Source of the DNA: Candidatus Latescibacterota bacterium
GTDB lineage: Bacteria; Latescibacterota; CBDEFO01
Length of the DNA stretch: 64,000 bases
Direction: 5' to 3'
Assembly: GCA_965237525.1 (NCBI GenBank)
Contig: CBDEFO010000007.1
Location: 608,001-672,000 of the forward strand
The notes under the pieces: generated by a model
The model's input: only the letters and a program-made list of their open reading frames with translations
Databases searched by the model: none
Told to the model about the DNA's origin: nothing
Program-made: the position numbers and the translations under genes
Shown here: in pieces, positions 31,097-40,359 of the stretch
Layout of the letters: each line of letters opens with the position of its first letter
How positions within the stretch are numbered: the stretch's first letter is position 1

Positions 31097-31301
31097 TAGA
31101 CAGGGCACCGGTATGCGCCTCCCATTCCGGTGTTAGCAGGAGGCAGTCAGTAGATAGCATGTCGGGGCGTGGTTAGGTCGGGCCTTGGGCTGCGTGCGCG
31201 CACTCTCTGTCACGTACGAAGTCACGTAGATTGAAAACCTTTAGGTTATCGAGACTATTCCGACAGAGCAGAAGCTGATACGAAAAGTTCTTGACTTCTT
31301 A

Positions 31302-32822
31302 GAAGCCTTGTGAAAAACCCTTAGATTCAGAAAGTAGTATAGAACAAGCATTGATAAAGCAGCTCCGATGTATTATATTATGTTATTGATAATATTATAC
31401 ATGGAGGAAACAATGACCCCACAAGAGCAGGAACAGACAAATCCGATGTTTCACTATTTTCAGATGGAGGATTTAGTTCCCGAGGATCATATCCTTCGTC
31501 AGATTGATGAGGCAGTTGATTTTTCATTTGTACGAGACGTTGTATCAGATTGTTATTGCCCTGACAATGGCAGACCCGGTATTGATCCTGAATTAGTTGT
31601 TCGAATGATCCTTATTGGCTATCTGTATAATTTGAGTGAGAATCGGCTCTGTCAGGAAGTGGGGATGCATGCGGCATATCGGTTGTTTTGTCATCAGACA
31701 TTTGATGATGCGGTTCCGGATAGGAGCACGATCAACAAGCTTCGCAATCACAAGTGGGCATCCAGTGGGTTGTTTGAACGGATAATGCGTCAGGTAGTCC
31801 AGTGTTGCATAGATGTCGGTGTTGTGAGCGGTAAACACCTTAGTGTCGACGGCACTCAGATACAAGCTGATGCTTCAGTGAAAAGTATTGAGCCGATAGA
31901 ACCCCCTGTTTCTCTTGATGATTATCTCAAGGGAATCGGTTTTGAAGGTGATAAGACAAAGGGTAGGTCCGGGCATCCTCAGGATAAAGACTTTCATGGT
32001 GAAAAGTGGACGAACCAAACACACCGTTCGACTACAGACCCCGACGCGCGCTTATACAGCAAATCGAAGGGCAAAGGGGCTTTTCTCTCGTTTATGGGCC
32101 ATGATCTGATCGACACAAAAAGCAGAGTAATCCTTGAGACTCAGGGCACGCAGGCGACAGGGACAGCAGAGCCCGAAAGTGCCCTTAAGATGGTAGATGA
32201 CCTTGAAACATACACCATGCCCAAAGACATTCAGACACTTAGTGCCGATACCGGTTACGGTTCTGGTAATTTTATCGCTGATGTACTTGACCGGGGAATC
32301 ATACCCCATATTCCTCTGCGAGCCGATGAGAAGATTGAACCGATTCCTACATGGAAAAACAAGACAAATCCAGCACATATTCAGGCCGAACGGGATAGAA
32401 AAGTGCGAGAGGCGAAAGCCAGAAATCATGCACGGTCTATCTCATTAACAGCTGACTACAAACTCTCCCGGAGACTCCGTAAACGCAGTGAACATATCTT
32501 TGCTGAAGCCAGGCAACAACACGGTATGGGACGAGCCCGTTATAGAGGACCAGCCTCACTGAATGAACAGTTGAATCTTGTTGCAACAGTACAGAATCTC
32601 AAGAGGCTTGTATCTTTCATAAGAAGGGGGAAAGCGTCTATGTGTGCCCTGTCTGTCAAAGACAGTGCATCCTGTTCTTCAAACAGCTCCTATTCCTTGC
32701 TGACCAGAACTCTGATAAGACTATTTTGCTTATTCCACAGCAAAACGATACGATATGCTTCTCTTTGACCCATAATCGGCGCTTCAGACGCTGCCTGGGA
32801 CAAAACTATTTCACAAGGCTTT
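31302..32822 (+). mobile_element. IS1182-family insertion sequence, copy 2 (1521 bp)
   Basis: Same IRs and TA/TTA duplication as copy 1; about 9 substitutions between copies by eye. Confidence 0.93.
31413..32768 (+). CDS. IS1182-family DDE transposase
   Basis: Near-identical to 1988-3343. Confidence 0.93.
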   Translation: MTPQEQEQTNPMFHYFQMEDLVPEDHILRQIDEAVDFSFVRDVVSDCYCPDNGRPGIDPELVVRMILIGYLYNLSENRLCQEVGMHAAYRLFCHQTFDDAVPDRSTINKLRNHKWASSGLFERIMRQVVQCCIDVGVVSGKHLSVDGTQIQADASVKSIEPIEPPVSLDDYLKGIGFEGDKTKGRSGHPQDKDFHGEKWTNQTHRSTTDPDARLYSKSKGKGAFLSFMGHDLIDTKSRVILETQGTQATGTAEPESALKMVDDLETYTMPKDIQTLSADTGYGSGNFIADVLDRGIIPHIPLRADEKIEPIPTWKNKTNPAHIQAERDRKVREAKARNHARSISLTADYKLSRRLRKRSEHIFAEARQQHGMGRARYRGPASLNEQLNLVATVQNLKRLVSFIRRGKASMCALSVKDSASCSSNSSYSLLTRTLIRLFCLFHSKTIRYASL

Positions 32823-32909
32823 TAGAGCGACAAGAGTATATTTTCCGTCGTTTTTTGGTAGTGGTTGGCATTAAACACTTACAGGTAAATGAAGAAGAAA
32901 GGTGACATT

Positions 32910-34946
32910 ATGAGCGAGGAGGAATCTGTAGAGGTTAGCGAAGCGGAAATAGCTGTTCACTGGCAGGAGGAGGCGTATTTCCACCCGTCAGCGCAATTTA
33001 TTGCACAGGCGAATATGACTGATCCGGGTATTTATGAACGGTTTAGTTTGGAACATTTTCCTGAATGCTTTAAGGAATACGCCGATATGCTTACCTGGTA
33101 TGAGTATTGGCATACCACACTTGATACGAGCGATGCCCCTTGCTGGAAGTGGTTTGTCGGCGGAAGGATAAATGCGAGCTACAACTGCGTTGACAGACAC
33201 CTGGAGAAGTATAAGAATAAAGCCGCAATTATCTATGTACCGGAACCGGAAGAGGAACCTCACGTGGCCCTAACTTATCAGGAACTATATGTAAGGGTTA
33301 ATGAGCTTGCTGCGCTTCTTCGAGACTTTACCGGACTTAAGGCTGGAGATCGCGTGACCCTTCATATGCCGATGGTTCCAGAACTCCCGATCACGATGCT
33401 GGCTTGTGCCAGACTCGGCGTAATTCACTCCGAGGTATATGGAGGATTTAGCGGCAGGGCGTGCGGCGAAAGGATATGGGACTCTGGAAGCCGTGTCCTG
33501 ATAACCATTGACGGTTACTACAGGTCAGGTGATCTCATCGATCACAAAGAGAAGTCTGACACTGCCCTTGGGGTAGCCGAAGAAAAGGGCCAAGCCGTCG
33601 ATAAAGTCCTGGTTTGGAGACGTCATCCCGGTAAATATGTTTCAAAGACGCCTATGGTAGAAGGTCGCGATTACTTTATGGACGAAGTGCTTTCCGAGTA
33701 TGCCGGTAGGAGAGTCGATCCAGTTCCTATGCCCGCTGAAGACCCTCTCTTCATTATGTATACCAGTGGGACAACTGGAAGCCCTAAGGGCTGTCAGCAC
33801 AGTACAGGTGGCTATTTAGCCTATGTTACAGGTACGTCAAAGTATGTCCAGGACATTCACCCGGAAGATGTTTACTGGTGCATGGCGGATATAGGGTGGA
33901 TCACGGGTCATTCATATATTGTTTATGGTCCGTTGTCCCTGGCTGCAACGAGCGTTATGTATGAAGGTGTACCTACTTACCCGGATGCCGGGCGCGCCTG
34001 GAGAATCGCCGAGCAACTTGATGTAAATATATTCCACACTGCTCCGACTACGATACGGATGTTAAGAAAAGCCGGTCCTGATGAGCCAAAAAAGTACAAT
34101 TACCACTTCAAGCATATGACGACAGTGGGAGAACCCATAGAACCAGAGGTGTGGAAATGGTATTACAAGGTCGTCGGTAAATGCCAAGCAGTCATTGTTG
34201 ACACATGGTGGCAGACGGAAAATGGAGGATTTCTCTGCAGCACTCTGCCGGCGCTTAAACCTATGAAGCCCGGCTCGGCAGGTCCCGGTATGCCTGGTAT
34301 CCATCCGGTAATCTACGATGAGGATGGGAATGAAGTTGAAGGGGGGACCGGTAAAGCGGGGAATATATGCATAAGGAACCCGTGGCCAGGGGCATTCCAG
34401 ACGATATGGGGAGATCGCGAGCGATATGTGAGCCAATATTACCAAAAGTATTGCAGAGACAAGGATAGTAAGGACTGGCGCGACTGGCCTTATTTTGCAG
34501 GTGATGCCGCCGTGCACGCTGAAGATGGATACTATCGAATTCTGGGCAGAATTGACGATGTCATCAATGTTGCCGGTCACCGACTCGGCACTAAGGAGTT
34601 AGAATCCGCTTGTCTTGTTGTCGAGGAAGTGGCAGAGGCAGCGGTTGTCCCCCTGGCTGATGAGTTGAAGGGTCGGGTACCTGATATCTATGTGTCTCTT
34701 AAGTCCGGCTACGAGCCCGACACAGGAATAGAAGATAAAGTTACAAAATCTATCGAGGCAGCAATTGGTAAAATAGCCAGACCCAAGCACGTTTACGTCG
34801 TACCCGACATGCCTAAGACTCGTTCTGGAAAGATTATGCGCCGTGTCCTGGCGTCTATCTCCAATAGGACGCACATCGGTGACGTAACCACATTAGCTAA
34901 CCCTGAAATTGTCGAGGAAATTCGACAAATGGTTCAAGGTAGTTAG
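32910..34946 (+). CDS. acs: Acetyl-CoA synthetase (AMP-forming)
   Basis: 'YTSGTTGSPKG', 'ADIGWITGHSY.VYGPL', 'VDTWWQTE', 'GHRLGT.E', 'PKTRSGKIMRR'. Confidence 0.95.
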   Translation: MSEEESVEVSEAEIAVHWQEEAYFHPSAQFIAQANMTDPGIYERFSLEHFPECFKEYADMLTWYEYWHTTLDTSDAPCWKWFVGGRINASYNCVDRHLEKYKNKAAIIYVPEPEEEPHVALTYQELYVRVNELAALLRDFTGLKAGDRVTLHMPMVPELPITMLACARLGVIHSEVYGGFSGRACGERIWDSGSRVLITIDGYYRSGDLIDHKEKSDTALGVAEEKGQAVDKVLVWRRHPGKYVSKTPMVEGRDYFMDEVLSEYAGRRVDPVPMPAEDPLFIMYTSGTTGSPKGCQHSTGGYLAYVTGTSKYVQDIHPEDVYWCMADIGWITGHSYIVYGPLSLAATSVMYEGVPTYPDAGRAWRIAEQLDVNIFHTAPTTIRMLRKAGPDEPKKYNYHFKHMTTVGEPIEPEVWKWYYKVVGKCQAVIVDTWWQTENGGFLCSTLPALKPMKPGSAGPGMPGIHPVIYDEDGNEVEGGTGKAGNICIRNPWPGAFQTIWGDRERYVSQYYQKYCRDKDSKDWRDWPYFAGDAAVHAEDGYYRILGRIDDVINVAGHRLGTKELESACLVVEEVAEAAVVPLADELKGRVPDIYVSLKSGYEPDTGIEDKVTKSIEAAIGKIARPKHVYVVPDMPKTRSGKIMRRVLASISNRTHIGDVTTLANPEIVEEIRQMVQGS

Positions 34947-35086
34947 AAGTCAGGCGTATCGGGCTTCAAATAGACGTGTTACGGCATATTCCGTCGTATT
35001 CGCATGGAATGAAATCAGAGTGTCTTGGTTAGCGTCATCTACACTACTAGAGATTGGGATCTCGCTACGCGAAAGAAGAGTTTCCG

Positions 35087-36151
35087 ATGCTAATAAACAT
35101 AAACAAGCTCATATCCCATTTAGTTCTGGTCATCTGCGTCGCCCTTGTTGTTGGCTGCGCAACCACAATTCCTTTCACAACTCCCCTGATAAACGCAGCC
35201 AGGGAGGGCGATACGGCTACCGTCGAAGCCTTGTTGGAAGCTGGCGCTGACGTCAATTTAAGAAACAAGGATGGCTTGAGGGCCCTGATGGCGGCGGCAC
35301 AGAAAGACCACACAGCTAGTGTCCAGAGCTTATTGGAGGCAGGTGCCGACGTCAATGCAAAAGACAAGGGTGGCAGGACAGCGCTAATGTGGGCGGCAGC
35401 GAAAGGCCACATTGCTACAGTCGAAGCCTTGTTAGACGCGGGCGCCAATATAGATACGCGGGATAAGAATGGGCTAACAGCTCTTATGGTGGCAGCACAC
35501 GAGGATCAAACTGCTATTATAAAAGTCTTGTTGAAGGCGGGCGCCGACGTCAACGCGAAAAACAAGGATGGCAGAACTGCCCTAACCGTGGCCGCCTATA
35601 GAGGCCACAACACCACTGTCAAAGCTTTGCTTGAGGGGAGTGCTGATGTCAAAGCCAGAGACCTGGTGGATCAGACGGCCTTAATGTGGGCTGCAGTAGC
35701 TGGCCAAACGACTTCCTTGGAGATATTGCTGGAGGCTGGGGCAAACGTCCATGCAAAAAGGATGGACGGTAACACCGCACTGATACTGGCAGCAGCAGGG
35801 GCCCAATCTGCCGCCGTGCAAACCTTGCTGGGGGCGGCGGCCGACGTCGATGCGAGAAACAAGGATGGCTGGACAGCCTTGATGTTTGCGGCACAGGAGG
35901 GCTACACTGCTGTCGTCGAGGCCTTACTGGAGGTGGACGCCGACATCAACGTGAAAGAAGGGCTTGTTGGACAGACAGCCCTGATGTTTGCGGCCTTTTA
36001 TGGGCACACTGGTGCCTTGCAGACCTTGTTGGCGGCGGGTGCCAAGGTCAATGTCGAAGATGCAGTCGGCCAAACGGCCTTGATGCTTGCGGTATCGAAA
36101 GGCCACACCGACGTAGTTCAATTGCTGAAGGAAGCCGGGGCCAAGAAATAG
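35087..36151 (+). CDS. Ankyrin-repeat lipoprotein (~10 repeats)
   Basis: Lipobox 'LVVGC'; repeated 'G.TALM.AA..GH...V..LL.AGADVN'. Confidence 0.92.
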   Translation: MLININKLISHLVLVICVALVVGCATTIPFTTPLINAAREGDTATVEALLEAGADVNLRNKDGLRALMAAAQKDHTASVQSLLEAGADVNAKDKGGRTALMWAAAKGHIATVEALLDAGANIDTRDKNGLTALMVAAHEDQTAIIKVLLKAGADVNAKNKDGRTALTVAAYRGHNTTVKALLEGSADVKARDLVDQTALMWAAVAGQTTSLEILLEAGANVHAKRMDGNTALILAAAGAQSAAVQTLLGAAADVDARNKDGWTALMFAAQEGYTAVVEALLEVDADINVKEGLVGQTALMFAAFYGHTGALQTLLAAGAKVNVEDAVGQTALMLAVSKGHTDVVQLLKEAGAKK

Positions 36152-36363
36152 AAGATGCAGTTGTAAAGTGTATAGAGACAGAGATAGGCGAAATAGCCAG
36201 GCCGAAGCACGTCTATATCGTACCCGATATGCCTAAGACTCCTTCTGGCAAGATTATGCGCCGTGTCCTGGCGTCTATCTCTAATAGGACAGACATTGGT
36301 GATGTAACTACATTAGCTAACCCGGAAATTGTCGAAGAAATTAGAAAAACGGTTCAAGGGTGA
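36145..36363 (+). repeat. Diverged duplicate of the acs 3' end (matches ~34725-34946)
   Basis: Reads 'EIEDAVVKCIETEIGEIARPKHVYIVPDMPKTPSGKIMRRVLASISNRTDIGDVTTLANPEIVEEIRKTVQG*'; offset 1420 bp. Confidence 0.92.
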
Positions 36364-36453
36364 CTTGTCTGCGAAGAGTCGAGTGGCCAGACAGTTTATG
36401 TCATTGCTCATCGAAAGGATAACCTTATCAGGTAAATACAAAAGAGAACTCAA

Positions 36454-37893
36454 GTGATCCTTTCGAAAGATCAAATAAGGCACATTCACCTTGTGGGCAT
36501 CTGCGGCACGGCAATGGGAGCCTTAGCCGGGATGCTCAAATCAGGTGGATATAGAGTCACAGGCTCAGACAGCGGCGTCTATGAGCCTATGAGCACTTTT
36601 TTGAGAGCCCTCGAAATCCAGGTTTTTGAGGGTTTTTGCTCTTCTAACTTGAACCCCCCGCCCGATTTAGTCGTTATAGGCAATGTGATCTCCAGAGGAA
36701 ATAGTGAGGTCGAAGAGGTCTTAAACAGAAAGATAAGATACGCCTCTATGCCCGAGGCACTTAAGGACTTCTTCATCAGGGGCAAGCGATCCTTTGTAGT
36801 AACCGGGACGCATGGAAAGACCACTACGACCTCCCTTTTGGCCTGGGTCATCGAAAGTTCAGGAAGAGACTCCAGCTTTATGGTCGGTGGTATCCCCTTA
36901 AACTTCAACGCCGGATACAAGTTAGGAGAAGGAGAGGACTTCATCATCGAAGGCGACGAATACGACACAGCCTTCTTCGACAAGGGACCCAAATTTCTCC
37001 ACTATCTTCCCGATGTAGTCATAATCAACGGCATCGAATTCGACCACGCCGATATATACAGGGATCTCGATCAGATCAAAACTTCCTTCGGACGTCTGAT
37101 CAACATAATACCCTCAGATGGTCTCCTTGTAGCATCTGCGGACGATGAGAACGTCTCCCAACTCATTCCCAATGCCTTTTGCCAAGTTAGGACCTTCGGT
37201 TTCTCCAAAAATGCCGATTGGAGAGCTGAAAATATGGGCTTTAAGCCTCGTGGCGTATCGTTCGATGTCAGTGGATACGGCAATTTCTTCATACCTCTTA
37301 TCGGGGAGCACAACGTAAGAAACACACTTGCTGTCATTGCTACAGCCGACTTTATAGGACTTTCCCGGGAGCAGATCAAAAGAGGCCTAAGCACTTTCAA
37401 ATGTGTAAAGAGACGCCTTGAGATAAGGGGAGTTGTAGATGGGATAACTGTAATAGACGATTTTGCCCATCATCCCACGTCGGTCAAAGAGACTCTGAGA
37501 GGGCTCAGAAAATCCAATCCCAAAGTTAGAATATGGGCACTTTTCGAGCCTGCAAGTGCCACGAACGCAAGGAGCGTATTCGAAGAACGATACAATGAGG
37601 CGTTCGATTGTGCTGATAAGATTGTTCTGGCCAAAGTCCCAAAGCCAGAAAGGGCTGGAGAAGATGAGAAGATGTCTATGCAAAGGGTAGCAAGGACCCT
37701 GAGAAATAGCGGTAAGGACGCTCTATATATACCGGAAGTAGATGATATAGTAGAAAATCTTAAAGAGAAGCTGATGAAAGGCGATATTGTGCTTGTAATG
37801 ACTAACGGGAGCTTCGGTGGAATACACGACAAGATCCTTAACGTTCTTACGAGTGTAAAGAATGATACTCAAGCCGCCGCCGCTAGAACCTGA
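36454..37893 (+). CDS. mpl: UDP-MurNAc:L-Ala-gamma-D-Glu-meso-DAP ligase (murein peptide ligase)
   Basis: 'GICGTAMG.LA', 'GTHGKTTT', 'EGDEYDTAFFDK.PKF.HY', 'EFDHADIY', 'DDFAHHPT'. Confidence 0.92.
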   Translation: MILSKDQIRHIHLVGICGTAMGALAGMLKSGGYRVTGSDSGVYEPMSTFLRALEIQVFEGFCSSNLNPPPDLVVIGNVISRGNSEVEEVLNRKIRYASMPEALKDFFIRGKRSFVVTGTHGKTTTTSLLAWVIESSGRDSSFMVGGIPLNFNAGYKLGEGEDFIIEGDEYDTAFFDKGPKFLHYLPDVVIINGIEFDHADIYRDLDQIKTSFGRLINIIPSDGLLVASADDENVSQLIPNAFCQVRTFGFSKNADWRAENMGFKPRGVSFDVSGYGNFFIPLIGEHNVRNTLAVIATADFIGLSREQIKRGLSTFKCVKRRLEIRGVVDGITVIDDFAHHPTSVKETLRGLRKSNPKVRIWALFEPASATNARSVFEERYNEAFDCADKIVLAKVPKPERAGEDEKMSMQRVARTLRNSGKDALYIPEVDDIVENLKEKLMKGDIVLVMTNGSFGGIHDKILNVLTSVKNDTQAAAART

Positions 37894-38788
37894 AGATACG
37901 ATAGGCATCGTCTCCCCTTCGGGAAGAGTGAAAGGGAAGGATCTCCAAGGCGGGATAGAGTATCTGCGACAGAGAGGGTATAAGGTCAAGGTAGGGAAGA
38001 GTGCCTACGGGTCGAAGGGCTACTTGGCCGGAGGCGATGACCAAAGGGCGCAGGATATAAACGATATGTTCTGCGACCCCGAAGTTAAAGCTATATTCGC
38101 ATCCAGGGGTGGATACGGATCTACTCGAATATTGGACAAGATAGACTACGATCTTATAAGGAGAAATCCCAAGATATTCGTGGGATTTTCAGATACCACA
38201 GCCCTTCAGTTGTCCATATTCAGATACACGGGACTTGTGACCTTCTCAGGAGTTCTCGCAGCTGTGGACATGAAGGATGCAAAGATGAATGGGCTTACTG
38301 AAAAGACTCTGTGGGATCTGCTGACGAAGGGGAGAATAGACATTATAGAGGGACTCGAAATTATGAAAGGGGGATCTGCGGAAGGGAAACTTTTGGGCGG
38401 TTGTCTTTCAATTATGTGTTCCCTTCTGGGGACCGCCTACCAGCCCGATTTAAAGGGGGCCATCCTCTTTCTTGAAGACGTAGACGAAGCGCCCTACCGC
38501 ATAGATAGGATGTTAACGCAACTGAGTCTGTCCGGTCTACTGCAACAAGTTAGCGGGATCATATTAGGGCAATTTCAAGACTGCTTCGATAGAGATGAAT
38601 CCTCCGAGGTTGAAGAACTTTCCTTAAAGGATATGGTAGATGACCTAATGTGCGACCTGAACATCCCCATCCTTTCCGATCTTCCCTACGGGCATTTTGC
38701 AAGTAGGGTCGTCCTTCCCATAGGCGTAAATGCCAGGATAGACGGGAATACAGGTAAGTTGGAGATAACTGAGAGTGCATTGGATTAA
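37862..38788 (+). CDS. ldcA: LD-carboxypeptidase (peptidase S66)
   Basis: 'RGGYGS.R', 'GFSDTTAL', 'LFLEDV.E.PYRIDRML', 'PYGH'; adjacent to mpl. Confidence 0.9.
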   Translation: MILKPPPLEPEDTIGIVSPSGRVKGKDLQGGIEYLRQRGYKVKVGKSAYGSKGYLAGGDDQRAQDINDMFCDPEVKAIFASRGGYGSTRILDKIDYDLIRRNPKIFVGFSDTTALQLSIFRYTGLVTFSGVLAAVDMKDAKMNGLTEKTLWDLLTKGRIDIIEGLEIMKGGSAEGKLLGGCLSIMCSLLGTAYQPDLKGAILFLEDVDEAPYRIDRMLTQLSLSGLLQQVSGIILGQFQDCFDRDESSEVEELSLKDMVDDLMCDLNIPILSDLPYGHFASRVVLPIGVNARIDGNTGKLEITESALD

Positions 38789-38825
38789 GTAATTTTCAAC
38801 ACTCAAAACCCAAAGGAGGTACTCC

Positions 38826-40297
38826 ATGAAGATTCGGGTTTTCTATGGGTTCATTTTCGTTCTGTTCTTTTTCCGTCCCAGCGGTGCGCAGACGATCACT
38901 CCAGAAGAGTTCCTCAAGTTGATTAAACAGAGTCATCCCTATCTTCGCAAAAGAAGCGATGTCATCGGAAATTGAAAAGAGGGGGAAAGAGCGATTCCTC
39001 GGTTCACAGGACTGGGTCATCCGTTCTGCCTATCTTTCCGCTCATCAGAAACCGGTCAGCACGAGCACATTTGCTCCCAAGAGGATCGATGGGGTGGGCG
39101 TCGCCACAGCTATTGAGAGGGCCTATTGGAACACTGGGGGGAGACTCTCTCTCCTGGTCATCCGACTTTACAGATCAGAATTTACCGGATATTGTCGTTC
39201 CGGGCCCTTCAGGGAGTTTTCGCATCCCAACGGGGCCATCACAGTTTTATCAGAACAAGGTTCTCCTGACCTACTCCCAGCCACTCCTGCAAAATTTCAA
39301 AGGAAAACTGGATCGGCTCGACTACGAATTGAGCGGGTACACTGTCAACTTCACCGAATTACAGGCCTTTGAGAATCAAGAAGGGTTCCTTCTGGACTTG
39401 GGGATCCGGTTTTTGGACTGGGTTCTGCATTCCGAACAGATACAGATCTCCAATGAGCGTCTGCGTCTGGCGGAGGAGGAACTGCAACAGACAAAGAGAA
39501 AGCGAGCCGCAAACCTGGTGGATCGGGTGGACGTTTTGCGAGCTGAGGATGCCGTCCGGATCGCCAAGCAGAATATCGTGCTGATTGAATCTCAGTGGAA
39601 GGCGAAACAGGCGGAATTGGCAGTTCTGGCCCAGTCCCAGGAACTTTACAACCAGAGCCCAGAGTTTGATCTTTACAACCTGGAAGCCCTGCCTCCTCTC
39701 GATGAGGCTGTCTCACGGTTGAAGGAACAATCGAGACTTCTTCAGGCTCTTGTAATCCGGAGGGAGCAACTTTCCCATCTGCGCGAGGGTTTTGTAGAGA
39801 TGAGCCGCCCGCAACTTTTTCTCAACGTCAGTGCGGGGCTACAGGAAGGCGATGATGGGTTTGGCGGTTCTCTACTTTTGGACAAGCCGTATTTGGCTGT
39901 CTCCCTTAATTTCAGCTATCCGCTGGAGAATCGGACCGCCCGGGCAGATATCGCAAAGACGGATCTGCAACTGCGACAAATAGAGAAGGAGATCGAAAAC
40001 GTGGCGTTGGACCTCAAAGCCGGTGTGAGGAATCTTTTGATCCAAATCAAAGAGCTAGAAAAGGTCCTCGCCCTCAACCAGGAACAGATCGAGTCGGCGA
40101 GGGAGAAAACACAGGAAGAGCTCCGGCTCTATAATCAGGGTCGTGGGGAACTGACCTTTGTCATCCAGAGTCGGGACAATGAGGAGAATGCAAGACTGAC
40201 CTATGCCCAAAATGGAGCCAGCTACCACAAGTTGATCCTTCAGTACCACTCCCTTATGGACAAGCTTCTCCCCTCAAGCCTCACGGAGCGTGAATGA
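38826..40297 (+). pseudogene. TolC-family outer-membrane efflux protein with two frameshifts
   Basis: AGGAGG + ATG 38826 with signal peptide; +1 shift at ~38942 and 2-bp loss in a CT run at ~39150; coiled-coil OEP repeats ('YSQPLLQN', 'YNQGRG..TFVIQS'). Confidence 0.85.
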
Positions 40298-40359
40298 AGT
40301 TTCGCCTATGGGGTTTACTGAGCTATCTAGAAATGCATTTGATCAGGAGGTAACAAACG

